From positions 806,001 to 870,000 of the forward strand of contig SMSO01000004.1 in NCBI GenBank assembly GCA_004764695.1: 64,000 nucleotides of DNA. The letters run 5' to 3'. This document shows positions 1 through 11,217 of this stretch, piece after piece. The stretch is from Schizochytrium sp. TIO01. Lineage: Eukaryota; Protista; Bigyra: Labyrinthulomycetes. Each line of letters starts with the position of its first letter. The stretch's first letter is position 1. Made by a program: the position numbers and the translations under genes. Below the pieces are notes generated by a model that did no database searches, had not been told where the DNA came from, and saw only the letters and a list, made by a program, of their open reading frames with translations.

Positions 1-737
1 CCGGCGTTGCTAGTATCCAAGATATTCTGTAGACACCTCGACCCCTTGCGCTTGCTTTGGAAAGATGTAGTGCCGAAAGCAAAAGCAGACCGAAGGCAAA
101 GAAAGCTGTTGAGGCTCCAACAGGCGACGAAAAAGTGGAGTACGGGACGCGTTCGAATCTCAGCCGAGCTGGTTTTTGCAGGCTTGTCCACGGGTCGATC
201 TGCGGCGGCCTATCTATCCCCAACTCCCTCCCTGCGTTTCGCGTCGTGTCACTCGTCGGGCTCCAGTCTTCAGCTTTCCAGGTTTGCTGCAAGACGGACT
301 TCGACCAAGAACTGCCTTCGATGAAGGAATTTGTATTCTGCTAATTCTTATGCGATTATCCACCACATACAAGTCCAATATGAATCCCCTGTGTTCTCTT
401 ACGGGACCCCGGGGCATGCTGTACAAAATCAGGGCGGCCAGTACAAAAAAAAAACACATCATGTGGAGAGAGAGCGCGAGATATATATACCAACGGCCCA
501 CTCAAGCGAGCGCGCGGCAGGACCTAAGGGCCCTCGAGGCAGGCCAGGGCGTCTAAATGGTCTTAATCCCGGCCGCAGGGGCCCTCAACCGCGCCCTCAA
601 GCGGCCGGGCAGGAGTGGACTGCGACCTGAGCTCTGCTGCTTTTGTTTCTCTTTGGCCTTTTTTGTTCCTTCCTCTTTCCACTTCTCTGAGGATTTCTTT
701 CTTTTCCTCTCTTTCTGTTTGTTTGTTTGATAAACAT

Positions 738-918
738 TAGTTCATTCATTCATTAGTTCACTCATTCATTAGTTCATTCACTCATTCATTCACTCATTCA
801 TTCACTCATTCATTCACTCATTCATTCACTCATTCATTCACTCATTCATTCACTCATTCATTCACTCATTCATTCACTCATTCATTCACTCATTCATTCA
901 CTCATTAGTTCATTCATT
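738..918. repeat. (CATT/CACT)n compound tetranucleotide microsatellite
   Basis: Direct read: the unit ttcattcattcactca-like repeats over about 180 nt. Confidence 0.95.
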
Positions 919-999
919 TATAAAGCCATAGAAACAAACTGTTCTGTATTCGTCACTTTTTTACACTAAGTTGATGACGACAGAACAGAAATGATGATA

Positions 1000-1065
1000 T
1001 GAAATGATGTGAAATGATGTGAATTGATATGAATTGATATGAATTGATATGAATTGATATGAATT
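1000..1065. repeat. 10-bp tandem repeat (GAATTGATAT / GAAATGATGT)
   Basis: gaaatgatgt x2 followed by gaattgatat x4. Confidence 0.9.
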
Positions 1066-1169
1066 GGTGTTATCACGATACGGATACGATCATGCGATTT
1101 AAAAAAACAAAAACAAAATAACAGAAACAAAAACAAAAACAGTGTTCTTTCTTTCTTTACTTTCTTTCT

Positions 1170-1171
<2 letters not shown>

Positions 1172-1212
<41 letters not shown>
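1172..1212. repeat. (CAAT)n microsatellite
   Basis: About 10 consecutive caat units. Confidence 0.95.
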
Positions 1213-1372
1213 TACTTTTGTGTTGCGCTAAGTGCGCTAGGAGTCTCCCTAATGCCTGGCCCCTTTGGAAGTTGCTGGAAATGATTAAACCATCATTTTT
1301 GTTCTATCTCTCCTTTCTTTGTTACCCCCCTTCTACCCCGCGGCACTACCATTAACACTACGAGCGCCTCTC

Positions 1373-1420
1373 TTTCGTTCTTTCGTTCTTTCGTTCTTTC
1401 GTTCTTTCGTTCTTTCGTTC
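1373..1420. repeat. (TTTCGTTC)n 8-bp tandem repeat
   Basis: About 6 copies of tttcgttc. Confidence 0.9.
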
Positions 1421-1633
1421 TTCTCGCAGGCAGTAAGTACAGTAGAGCCTGCTTAGCTACCTACCCCTGGATCTGTTCCTTTTCTCTTGCTTTGTTTGTT
1501 TTTGTTTCAACTCAAATTGAAACCAAACCACAAGCGCCATGGAAACCATAGAAAGCATGGTACACAGGAAACCAAACAATGAAACAAAACCCTTCGCAGT
1601 GAAAGAAGCAAAAGAGAAACGAACACCCTTCAG

Positions 1634-1635
1634 AT

Positions 1636-1680
<45 letters not shown>

Positions 1681-1779
1681 AACAGCAATAGCAACAATAA
1701 CAACAATAACAATAACAACAATAACAATAACAATAACAATGATAACAATAACAATGATAACAATGATAATAACAATAAC
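1634..1779. repeat. (AAC/AAT)n trinucleotide microsatellite
   Basis: An aac run grades into aat/aac/gat. This tract explains the spurious poly-Leu ORF 1512..1946. Confidence 0.95.
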
Positions 1780-1974
1780 TGAATGGAAAGTTTGGGACCT
1801 CGAAGAGGCATGCGGCAGTACAAATTTGTCTCCGCGACGTTCATGCGTGGCACCCTCGCAGGCGCCGGCTCGGGCGCGCGGGGGTGGCTCGGCTGGGCCT
1901 CCCTGGCCTTCGGCTGCCTCCCCGAGCCCTCCGCGCTGCTTCCCACGCCCTCGCTGCAGCTTCGAGCGCCATCA

Positions 1975-2020
1975 TCACATCACTTCACATCACATCACAT
2001 CACATCACATCACATCACAT
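1975..2020. repeat. (CACAT)n pentanucleotide microsatellite
   Basis: About 8 copies of cacat. Confidence 0.9.
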
Positions 2021-2173
2021 CGATCGATTGAGCACATTTCCTCGCCGCCTAAGGACTCCTAAGGTTTAGCCTAAGAGGCACCGCCGCAATCTTTGGAGCA
2101 GAAACTGTCGATGGCGGGCGATGGGCAAGGAATCCCAAGCGCTCCGCCGCCGTGGAAGGGCAGAAGCTGGCGC

Positions 2174-2240
2174 CAGACAGGCAGACAGGCAGAGAGGCAG
2201 AGAGGCAGACAGACAGAGAGGCAGACAGACAGAGAGGCAG
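2174..2240. repeat. (CAGA/GGCAGA)n compound microsatellite
   Basis: cagacaggcagacaggcagagaggcagagaggcagacagacagag... Confidence 0.85.
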
Positions 2241-2423
2241 CCTTCTCCAACGCAACGCGGCGCTGTGATCGATCGCGCCTTCTTCACAAAAAGTCATGCA
2301 CTCGAGTCCTCCAACAGGCTAAGGGTTACATGGGATAAACCTTAGCAATGGGCGCCAGGGAGGCGCCAGGCGGCAGTAGGACTCACTAGGTGATGGATAG
2401 GACTGGTATATAGGCGTTATGCG

Positions 2424-2425
2424 CT

Positions 2426-2468
<43 letters not shown>

Positions 2469-2580
2469 CTCTTTCTCTATTTTTCTTTACTTTGATTCTT
2501 TCTTTACTTTGTTTCTTTTTACTCTCTCTCTCTCTTTCTCTCTTTTTGTTCCACTTTGTTTCTTTCTCTCTTTCTTTCTC
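2424..2580. repeat. (TTTC)n and CT-rich polypyrimidine tract
   Basis: About 10 tttc units followed by degenerate T/C-rich sequence. Confidence 0.9.
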
Positions 2581-2923
2581 GTTGGCGCATTCTGTGTTCA
2601 TGTCTGCGGAGAGAGCATCACAGAAAGGAGGAGAGACAGACGGACCACCTTGAGCGAAGGCGAAGAACGGCGTTGCCTTTGCCCTCTTCGCCCTCCCTCC
2701 TCTCGCTTGCTCCGCGCGGCGCTGCGCCCACGGAGCCTCAGGGCGCTGTTCACGTGAGTGAAGGCAACGAAGAAGCGGGAAAGCAGCAGAAGTGGTCCGT
2801 ACGTACATGAGAGGGCAACAAAAACAGACAGGCGCCGCTGCACTACACCGTGTCTGGTATGTGGCCCAATTGTGAGAAGGGCGACAAAAACGAGGATCAC
2901 AAAGCATTGAGGAAGAGCAGAAA

Positions 2924-2985
2924 GCAATGCAATGCAAAGCAATGCAATGCAATGCAAAGCAATGCAATGCAAAGCAATGCAAAAG
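2924..2985. repeat. (GCAAT/GCAAA)n pentanucleotide microsatellite
   Basis: gcaatgcaatgcaaagcaatgcaatgcaatgcaaag... Confidence 0.9.
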
Positions 2986-4225
2986 GGAAGGGAAATAAAG
3001 CAAAGCGAAGCAAAGGAAGACGAAGCGAGGAAGGAGCAGCGCAGAGACGTGGATGTATATATATGCTGGAGATGAAGGTGCTGACGACGCCAGCGGGCAC
3101 CTGATGGCCTAATCAGGTCGCGATCACATCCTTCCCGAGAACTGTGGGCCCTAACTGCTCTGTACCCATCGTCGATGATCGATGCGCGATCAGTCTGGGA
3201 AAAGGAATGAATGAATGATTGATTGATTGATAGGTTGATTAGTTAATTTGTCAACTAGTAAATTGGTCAATTAGTAAATTAGTCAATTGGTATATTTGAT
3301 TGATTGATTGACTGCCTGAAGGTATATTGGGTCTTTTGTGAGCAACTTGAAAACTCGAGTTGATGCCTATGTGAATGAATAAGATAGTTGTTTTTATGGT
3401 TTAATTCTAATTTATGGGTCATGTATGCTTCCCAGATTATATCATATATCATATTGCGAGGAAGGAACAGAAACGGAAATAGAAATCATGACTCGGATAG
3501 GCTGAGAGACATATCCGAAAAACGATGAATGACATTCGGAATGAACGATTTAATAGACAGAAAGTCATCATAATGAAGAAATTAGGCACGAATGACGAAC
3601 TCCCTCCGTGCGCCGTGACGAACATGCGAAAATCACGATTGGTTTCGTAACGATTCGCTGACGGGTAGAGAAACGCTTGTGAATAAAGAGGGCTAACCGC
3701 TTTATAGGCCTTATAAAGGTCCAAAGAGGGAAATAAGGGGGTGGGGGGATAATAGTCAATTAGGCAAATTTATAAGTGTATTTATTCAAGTGTAATAAAA
3801 TACGGTGTATTTTAATTGGGCTCCTCCTGCTACGGTATCGTACGTTCTGAGGAATCAATCAACGGCATCGACGCCAGTCCCAGATTGTGAAGCAAGGCGC
3901 AGGCGGCGCGACGGAGAGGAGGTGCGGAGACAAGGGCCCCGCTCGGGGATCTAGAGGTACCCCGAAATAACTGTCATAAAGAGAGGAGCGAGCTGGCGGT
4001 GTCTGGCACGCGATATCTGGGCCTTGAAATCGCCAGGGTTTCTTTCTTTCATTCTTTACGCTTCTTCTGCTGTTGAGTTACTATCAAAAATATCTTGGAG
4101 ACTGCCTCTCCAAGACTTCTTCTCCAAGGATCTGCAAGGTTAATCGTGAGTGTGTTTGGATATCTACTCGCTATAACTGCTAGCTTTGAGAAAACGTCAA
4201 CGAGGCAGAAATATTACTTGAGAGG

Positions 4226-6220
4226 ATGCCGTCATTGAGCATGTGGTTGCGTGGAGAAATATTTGATCATGGACTTCTCCATGTGGCATTTCTAGAGAGG
4301 GAACCAGAACCGTCAAATGCTTCTGTGGGACGTGCATTCGATAGAATCGGACGCTGTCTTATTGCGTTGCGTACACGAGGCCTTGGGTCGATGCTAGTGA
4401 AGGGAGATTTTGAAGCCTGTGCTAATATGCTGCGAGCCGTGTGGAATGAAGCTGCGGAACCTGGTGACCGAAGCATTACAGAAGACGAATGCTCAAGCTT
4501 GCTGCAGATTTTCTCCATCTTAAAGTCCCCGAAATGGATCTCAGACCGCCAGGCAGAAGCGGAATTTGTACTTTTCCTCGTCGTACAATTCTTTTTCCAG
4601 TCACATACGCATCTCCAACGCAATGATCAAGTATGCTGGCCTTCGGACGTTCCGGAACACATGAGCGAAGCGTCACCCATTCAAAGCTTCTATTCATACT
4701 CCCCGTCATCATCCGTAATGGAAGAAGATACCGTGATGAGCTCTGGCCACACACCTGTCACAGCGGCATCTCCTCGAGCGGCATCTCCTCGGTCGTTAGC
4801 TGTTCGGGCTGTATCCCAAGAAAGTGAACAGCGGCTGGAGTTCCTTCGGTCTCATCTTAGAGACATCTTTTGGCTTTTGAGTTTGTGCGACGCTCTCAGT
4901 GCGAGGAGTTCATTTCTCGAACGATGGAATTTGCAGGAAATCAGTGCACATGTGGTATTTGCATTACGTTTCCTCATTACTGATCAAGATAACCTTCAGC
5001 AAGTGTCACCAGGGCAGGACACTAAGACATCTTGCTTGGAGCTCGAATTACAACTGGGAAGATCACTTACGCTAAATAACGATGCAAACCCGCGCCCATC
5101 TCAGTTGCTTGACCCAGATGTTGAAATGGATGAGGAAATGATTGACGCCGTTGATATTGCAAGCCCTGCTCCAGATAGCCGTGAAAATAAAACAAGTGAT
5201 GAACAAGAGCTTGCTGTGTCTGGACGCAAACGTGCTCCCTCCCTGACAGTATCCACCATGACTCCTGCAAATAACGTAATTCTGGCCAATATCAGGCGTC
5301 GAACAGTTGTAGAGCCTGATCCAACCCATCAATCAAACGAACTCAGTGCAAGGGAGGGAGAAGGTATCTTGCCGGTAAATAAGCTGGCTATTTTTGCTTG
5401 TAGAAGCTCCTATATATACGCGCTTATGCCCAGTAAGCATGTTCGTATCGTCGGCTGTACAAACTCGATTATTGTACTTGGACCCTGTGCAGAGATTGTT
5501 ACAATCGAACACTGTAGCAATCTGGAGGTTATGGGAATTACCCAATATCTGACAGTGGGAAATTCGTATGATTGTAAAATTAATGTCCATACCCTGAAGG
5601 CGAGGCCGATTCTTTTTGGAGACTGTCGTAGCCTTGAGCTTGGACCGTTTAACACTTTTTATCCAAGGCTGAACCAGCACCTTGTTAGCGTTGGGATTGA
5701 CCCGAAAAAGAGCTTCCCTTCCTTGAGCTTCCTGTGCCTTCAGCCTGTTGATATTACTGTGCAAACTGGTAGTGGCTCATCTGCATGGACTCTTTTACCT
5801 CCTTCTGATTTTACTCCCTTTGTCGTACCGTTACAAGAGCCCAGTTTTGGCGACGCATGCAGAGATAACCCCGTAGGTCTTCCTCCCTTGTACGCTCAAG
5901 CTCTCTTTCAAAAGGTCGACCGGGTCGAGTCTCTTTTGCGGAGACTTGCACTCGCGTACACATCGGACAATCAATATGATGACACTGAGGAGGAATCGCC
6001 AAAAGACGACTGCGACACGCCAACGGGTGAATCAAAGATGGAGCAGCCAGCAACAGATGGCTCCTCAAAGGAGTCCACAATCCCAAGAAGGCAACAACTC
6101 GAACGTCTCTTTCAAGAATATTTCCGAGATTGGCTTATATCCACGGGAAACGTCCGTCAAGTCCTTGACTTGGTCAAGTTGAACGCGTCTTCGTCGGCGA
6201 GCTCTTCATTTTCTAACTAA
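4226..6220 (+). CDS. TBCCD1: TBCC domain-containing protein 1-like (centriole/flagellar basal apparatus)
   Basis: 664-aa ORF. C-terminal TBCC beta-helix (IFACRSSYIYALMP..VRIVGCTNSIIVLGP..TIEHCSNLEV..RPILFGDCRSLELGPFNTFYP) followed by the TBCCD1-type tail (FTPFVVP, NPVGLPPLYAQAL, FRDWLISTGNVRQVLDL). Confidence 0.85.
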   Translation: MPSLSMWLRGEIFDHGLLHVAFLEREPEPSNASVGRAFDRIGRCLIALRTRGLGSMLVKGDFEACANMLRAVWNEAAEPGDRSITEDECSSLLQIFSILKSPKWISDRQAEAEFVLFLVVQFFFQSHTHLQRNDQVCWPSDVPEHMSEASPIQSFYSYSPSSSVMEEDTVMSSGHTPVTAASPRAASPRSLAVRAVSQESEQRLEFLRSHLRDIFWLLSLCDALSARSSFLERWNLQEISAHVVFALRFLITDQDNLQQVSPGQDTKTSCLELELQLGRSLTLNNDANPRPSQLLDPDVEMDEEMIDAVDIASPAPDSRENKTSDEQELAVSGRKRAPSLTVSTMTPANNVILANIRRRTVVEPDPTHQSNELSAREGEGILPVNKLAIFACRSSYIYALMPSKHVRIVGCTNSIIVLGPCAEIVTIEHCSNLEVMGITQYLTVGNSYDCKINVHTLKARPILFGDCRSLELGPFNTFYPRLNQHLVSVGIDPKKSFPSLSFLCLQPVDITVQTGSGSSAWTLLPPSDFTPFVVPLQEPSFGDACRDNPVGLPPLYAQALFQKVDRVESLLRRLALAYTSDNQYDDTEEESPKDDCDTPTGESKMEQPATDGSSKESTIPRRQQLERLFQEYFRDWLISTGNVRQVLDLVKLNASSSASSSFSN

Positions 6221-6258
6221 AACGCAACATTCACAACAAATACACAACCTTCATCGAA

Positions 6259-9200
6259 TTAAAGTAACTTAGAAGCTATTCCCCTGGGCAAGGGACCGTA
6301 TTCAGTTTCCCACTTGTTAAATCGATTTAACTTCTCCTTTTGTATGTCTTGAATAGTGTCACTCCGCCGATTAATAGTCATCAGGGCATCGCGTTCGGTC
6401 GCTTCATCTAGGTCCGTCTTCTCCAGTTGCATAGCGCATGCTTCAACTTCAGCCTGCAGCTTTGCGATCTCGGTCTCCGCCAAAAGCATTGGAATTAAGC
6501 CTTGGCATTTGGCAATCTCCCGGCGGTACTTGCTTAATAGATCTGGCGTTGCATGTGCAGAAAGTTCCAATTTTTGCAGAAGCACAAGACGATGTTTTGC
6601 TTGCTCCTCATCGAGCCCAATAGCACGCATCTTTGCCCAGCCACCCTCAAGGTCGCGTTTGATTACTGAAATTTTGCGTTCCTGGTCTGCACCGCAATCG
6701 GTGCGCATTTTCTGAATGTATTGGTTTGCGGCTTCTATAGAAGAAACTGAAGGAAGACCATGCTGCTGCATCTCTCGAGCAAGAATTGCCCCCTCCCTTT
6801 CAGCGGCTATTCTCTGTTTCTTCAAGTCTTCCAAGGTAGCTGCGAGCTGAGGCTTATTTTGTCGAAGTGAATTCAACTGTCCGGATATAGCCTGTCGAAA
6901 CTGTGAAGTGGTCTTACGCTGCACGGTGGCAAGTACTTCTTTTGACTTTTCTTGAATCCCAGATACCTGTTTTGCATAGTTTTCATTAGCTTTGGTTTGA
7001 GCGAGGCGGAGTTTCCTTCGAATGTCTCCAATAGCTTCATTTGTACGTGCTTCAGCTGTTTGGACTACACGTCGTTGTTCAGCATCTTCAAGACCTTGAA
7101 TTTGCTCAAGTAGATCCTTCCGACGCTTGTGATGACCTCGAAACTCTGCATCTTGTAAAGTGCGTTGCAAGCTGTTAACGGCTTCAAGCTCTCTCAGCTT
7201 GTCTTGAACTTGGTTTTCAGGAAAAGCAGATTTTGCCAAGAGATCCTTGCACTCCAATATTTTTAACTTGAGTGCCTCAATATCATTTACTGTCTTGGCT
7301 GATTTTCGCAAAGTCTCGTCCACCTCGGTCTGCTTTTCTTCAATTTTTTGTGCAACTATTGTAATTTTGTCAAGAAGGTCTGTCGGATTGTGATCATGTG
7401 CTGAGGATCTCCTTCGTCGTGTAAACCCAATAGAGAGGGATCGAGGTTTCTCACCAGAATCTTTCTCAAGTACTCGGCTCACTGGAGCATTATTCTTCAT
7501 TTGATTCAAACATGCCAGAGCCACAACATGTCGCTTTTCAGCAAAGTTAGACAAAATTTGCAATTCGAGTTCCTCTCGATCATCATCAAAGATCTTGCGA
7601 AGTTCTTGCGACTGAGCTTTTATCATTTGGCTTAGTTGATCTTGCTCCCTGTTTCTACGAGAGATCAAGGCTGATCGGAATTCCTGCTCTCGGGCGCGAC
7701 GTGCAGCAAGTCTCTTTTCCTCTTCTTCTCTCTCCTTCGCAGCTCGAAGACGTTCTTCCTCTTCTTCTCTCTCCTTCGCAGCTCGAAGACGTTCTTCCTC
7801 TTCTTCTCTCTCCTTTGCAGCTCGAAGACGTTCTTCCTCTTCTTCTCTCTCCTTCGCAGCTCGAAGACGTTCTTCCTCTTCTTCTCTCTCCTTCGCAGCT
7901 TGAAGACGTTCTTCCTCTTCTTCTTTCTCCTTCGCTGCTTGAAGACGTTCTTTCTCTTCTTCTTTCTCCTTTGCAGCTCGAAGACGTTCTTCATCATTCT
8001 CTTTTCGTATTGCATTCTCTTTTGATTTTCTTGCTAGGTCTTCTTGTTCGATTTCTTGTGCAAGCCGCTCTCTTTCGGACTCCAGCTCCGCAAGACGCTG
8101 GCTTTCAAACAAATCTTCGTTTTGCTCAATCTTCAAACTATGATCCTTTCCTTCTTCTTGGGTTTTGGACACTTCGCTGTCTCGATTTTGTTGCAGAAGC
8201 TCTTTCTGCTCAAATTCTCTCCTTGTGCCAACAGTAGTTGCCTCCTTAGCAGTACTTGCTGTCTCCTCTTTCTCCTCTTCTTCTTCTTCTTCTTGATGTT
8301 TCTTCAGAAGCGAGAGTCTTTCTTCTTGTTGCTTTCTCAGCCGTTCCTGACGTAGCTTATCTACGAGCAATTCACGAGTTGGTTTCGAGCCCTGTGAGGA
8401 GCTAGAAGACTTGCGCTCGAGGTTTTTGGTTTGTACAATTTTCGACTCGTCAGGCCTGTCCAAATTTTTACCTTCTTTGCCTTGTGTTGCCTTCAGAAGT
8501 TCAGTCGCCAAAGCATTGTCAAGCGTGGGTCTATCCCAGCGTACCCCTTCACGATTTTTGTTGTCGCCCGTTCTGCTGTCCTCCAAATCGTTGTTATCAT
8601 TGTTCAACTCATTTGAAGTTAGTGCAATGTTGTTTGGTTGATATGCTTTAGAACTACCTGCATTACCTTTCAGATGCTCTGATCCTTCAGTGGGCAACGA
8701 ATGTGCTGAAGATGAGGACGTGTTTGCAGCTTCTGCTACAATACCTAGGCTTCTTGAACTTCTCCTTTGCTGGCTAAGCTTACGGAGAGATGCCAGACGT
8801 CGGATTGTACGAGATTCTATTGAGGCCGAAGATGCTTGGGAGCCAGCATCAGAAATAATCGATTGCTCATCCTCACCACGGGTAGTTAAGCTCGTCTGCT
8901 TGGATGAGTTAGACCTTTTTCCCATACCTACTATATCTCGATCTATTTCGAGCGCCTTCAAAACTGAATTTGCATTGATACTTTCTTCCAGATTGTCAGA
9001 GGTAACCACTTCATCCTCTCCTGGGCAGGTAGATACCGAAGAAACCTTGGCTAAATCTTGACCTTTACTTAATTTCCTAGACGAGCGCAAAGACTGCTGA
9101 GCTCTCGCCACAGGAAGAGTTGAAATTTCGGATGATGAAGCCAAAGCTTCCTTTCGTGTGACATCTTCTGGCAGCTGATCTACTTTGCTAGATTCCTTGG

Positions 9201-10404
9201 GGGCTTTCCTAGAGATCTCGATATCGTTAAATGGAAAATCGTCTGGAATTTGCGCTCCATCCCGGGTCATGGCATGGCGAATAGCGGCATCTGGAAGGCC
9301 AGCTTTCAGCATGCGTTTATACTTGTCCAAAGGTCCAGATTGTGATGCAACAATGGGGGCTTGTTCAACAACTACTGGTTTGCTGGGCAGAGAAACCACA
9401 GGTGCTTCAGGTATTGGTTGCTGTTGTGCCGTTGAAGGCAGCATCATTTGTTGTGTTTCTGGAGATGAACTAGGACAGTTTTCTGTCCAGAAGTCCTCTG
9501 GTGCATCAACACCATCTCGTGCCATAGCATGACGCACGGCACCTTCGGGGAGACCTGCATTTTTCATCCTACGGTATTTCTCAAGGCTCGGTTTAAGTAT
9601 TGGTAGGGACCTTTCAGTTAATATCTGCGTATTTTTCTCTTCGTCTCTGCTGCTTTGAGCTGGGGCTGTAGGGGGTAGAAGTCTAGGTGGGCGAGGCTTG
9701 AGTTTACTTAAATCTGCTGCAGGTTCATCTGCGTTGGTATTTGTAGAGTTTTGCTCCTGTGCAAAGAGATCTATTGGTGCTGGTGGCGGAGGCGGAATAA
9801 AGCTAATATCAACTGTTTCTGCAGGCAGGGCTGGCGGTGACGGCAGGAGTGGAAGTCCCGAGGGCGGCGACAAAGGCGGCACAGGCGCCATTGAAGGTGG
9901 CTCTGATAGATTAAAATGGTGTGGTGCTATTGGCCTTTGAAGACCACGTGGGGTTGGAGGCAAAGGCGGAGGTAGCTCTTCATTGGACCACCTTTGCCCT
10001 CGTGGGCTTGGAACCTGAGCAGCAGATTGATCATCTTCATCCTTGCATTCATAGTCAAAGCTCTCCGCCTTGTCTCGCGTCAATTGTGACCTCGAGCTAA
10101 GGTCCTCCTCTGTTTCTTCACTAAGCGCCGTGAGAGTTTGACGCACCACGCTTTTGCTGACCTTCTTGGTCAAAGGTTTAGATCTCTTCGGAGTTCCTGA
10201 TGCTGAGCTCTTTGTGGCGATTGACTTCTTCAATTGATGTTCGCTTGGCGAATTCTTTGGGCTGTGAGACTTTGCTTCTTTCATTGCATGGTATTCATGA
10301 GACCCTCTTGATCTTCGTTTGGCGAATTGTTCGAGCTCTGCGAGGTCAGCGTCTGAAGGTGGAGGTGGTAGTGGAGGTGGCACCCGAGGAGGTTTTGAGG
10401 CCAT
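6259..10404 (-). CDS. Pro-rich/coiled-coil protein with two CCDC53(WASH)-like helical motifs and an E/R/K-rich repeat helix
   Basis: Long ORF; the first ATG (MASKPPRVPPP) is at 10404. Poly-Pro tracts, two copies of KY.RM..AGLP..A.RHAM.RDG, a 13-aa E/R/K repeat and a long C-terminal coiled coil. Confidence 0.8.
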   Translation of the reverse strand: MASKPPRVPPPLPPPPSDADLAELEQFAKRRSRGSHEYHAMKEAKSHSPKNSPSEHQLKKSIATKSSASGTPKRSKPLTKKVSKSVVRQTLTALSEETEEDLSSRSQLTRDKAESFDYECKDEDDQSAAQVPSPRGQRWSNEELPPPLPPTPRGLQRPIAPHHFNLSEPPSMAPVPPLSPPSGLPLLPSPPALPAETVDISFIPPPPPAPIDLFAQEQNSTNTNADEPAADLSKLKPRPPRLLPPTAPAQSSRDEEKNTQILTERSLPILKPSLEKYRRMKNAGLPEGAVRHAMARDGVDAPEDFWTENCPSSSPETQQMMLPSTAQQQPIPEAPVVSLPSKPVVVEQAPIVASQSGPLDKYKRMLKAGLPDAAIRHAMTRDGAQIPDDFPFNDIEISRKAPKESSKVDQLPEDVTRKEALASSSEISTLPVARAQQSLRSSRKLSKGQDLAKVSSVSTCPGEDEVVTSDNLEESINANSVLKALEIDRDIVGMGKRSNSSKQTSLTTRGEDEQSIISDAGSQASSASIESRTIRRLASLRKLSQQRRSSRSLGIVAEAANTSSSSAHSLPTEGSEHLKGNAGSSKAYQPNNIALTSNELNNDNNDLEDSRTGDNKNREGVRWDRPTLDNALATELLKATQGKEGKNLDRPDESKIVQTKNLERKSSSSSQGSKPTRELLVDKLRQERLRKQQEERLSLLKKHQEEEEEEEKEETASTAKEATTVGTRREFEQKELLQQNRDSEVSKTQEEGKDHSLKIEQNEDLFESQRLAELESERERLAQEIEQEDLARKSKENAIRKENDEERLRAAKEKEEEKERLQAAKEKEEEEERLQAAKEREEEEERLRAAKEREEEEERLRAAKEREEEEERLRAAKEREEEEERLRAAKEREEEEKRLAARRAREQEFRSALISRRNREQDQLSQMIKAQSQELRKIFDDDREELELQILSNFAEKRHVVALACLNQMKNNAPVSRVLEKDSGEKPRSLSIGFTRRRRSSAHDHNPTDLLDKITIVAQKIEEKQTEVDETLRKSAKTVNDIEALKLKILECKDLLAKSAFPENQVQDKLRELEAVNSLQRTLQDAEFRGHHKRRKDLLEQIQGLEDAEQRRVVQTAEARTNEAIGDIRRKLRLAQTKANENYAKQVSGIQEKSKEVLATVQRKTTSQFRQAISGQLNSLRQNKPQLAATLEDLKKQRIAAEREGAILAREMQQHGLPSVSSIEAANQYIQKMRTDCGADQERKISVIKRDLEGGWAKMRAIGLDEEQAKHRLVLLQKLELSAHATPDLLSKYRREIAKCQGLIPMLLAETEIAKLQAEVEACAMQLEKTDLDEATERDALMTINRRSDTIQDIQKEKLNRFNKWETEYGPLPRGIASKLL
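7715..7992 (-). repeat. 39-bp coding tandem repeat (RLRAAKEREEEEE, about 7 copies)
   Basis: cttcgcagctcgaagacgttcttcctcttcttctctctc repeated with few substitutions. Confidence 0.9.
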
Positions 10405-11217
10405 CGTCCCGCGACAGTTGCAGGCCCAAATCACGCAAAGACTGTTTCCACTTTGTAGCGACCTTGGCCAGTCTGCCAAGTTGTTGCTTTTGGTCGCGGT
10501 ACTTTGGCTTCTGCTCCTATTGAAATATGTTCTTCTTCTTCTCAGTTAGGCTGCTAGGAACTTCTACCCTAGCGAACCGAGCATAGCCGAGATGGAAACC
10601 AGCGATGCTGCCTGCAGTCTCCCTGCGTCCCGGGTCAAATTTTGTGAACGTTAGTGCAGGGCAATCCACCAAAGCCCGTGGTCCTTGCAAAATCACCTCA
10701 GGACCCAGCAAAACATCCGTTTGTGCTCTCTGGTGTCAGTACTACTAGGAAACTCAGCATGCCACTTCTTTTGTAGTACAGCTCCAAATAGGTGATGGTA
10801 ATATCCGCACCACCCAGGTGAGTGACTCAACGGACATATGCCTACGAATGGTAAAGAAGACAGCGTGCGGAAGTTCTCAACTTGAGACAGCTTGCTAGCA
10901 AAGGTGCCCTTTGTTGCGTGCGCTTAAGACTGCGCTCATTTACAAAAGAACAGAAAGGAGCTGGAGATAATAATAGTATTGTTAGCACTGACAAATTAGT
11001 AGAGAGTACAATAAAGGCCATTGCTGGCATATAAGAGCGACGAAGAATAGATTCTCAGTACGGGACATGACAGCTGCGTGTTGAGAGTTCTGTCAGCAGA
11101 TTGGTTGAATAGGACGCTTCTTGAGCTTTGAAACCTGGACGTAGTGAAGAGGATAGGTGGCTTTGAGGTAGTGAAATTCTTGAAAGATTTAGCAGACAAA
11201 GAACGGGTTAAACCGTC

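Noticed and set aside
140-170. GTTCGAATC tRNA T-loop-like motif (similar ones near 27285 and 34636)
   Set aside because: The flanks do not form a T-stem or cloverleaf.
1512-1946. Poly-Leu ORF and other low-complexity ORFs in 966-3104
   Set aside because: They are translations of microsatellites with no domain content.
7715-7992. CRISPR-like regular repeat
   Set aside because: Contiguous in-frame coding tandem repeat with no unique spacers, in a eukaryotic context.
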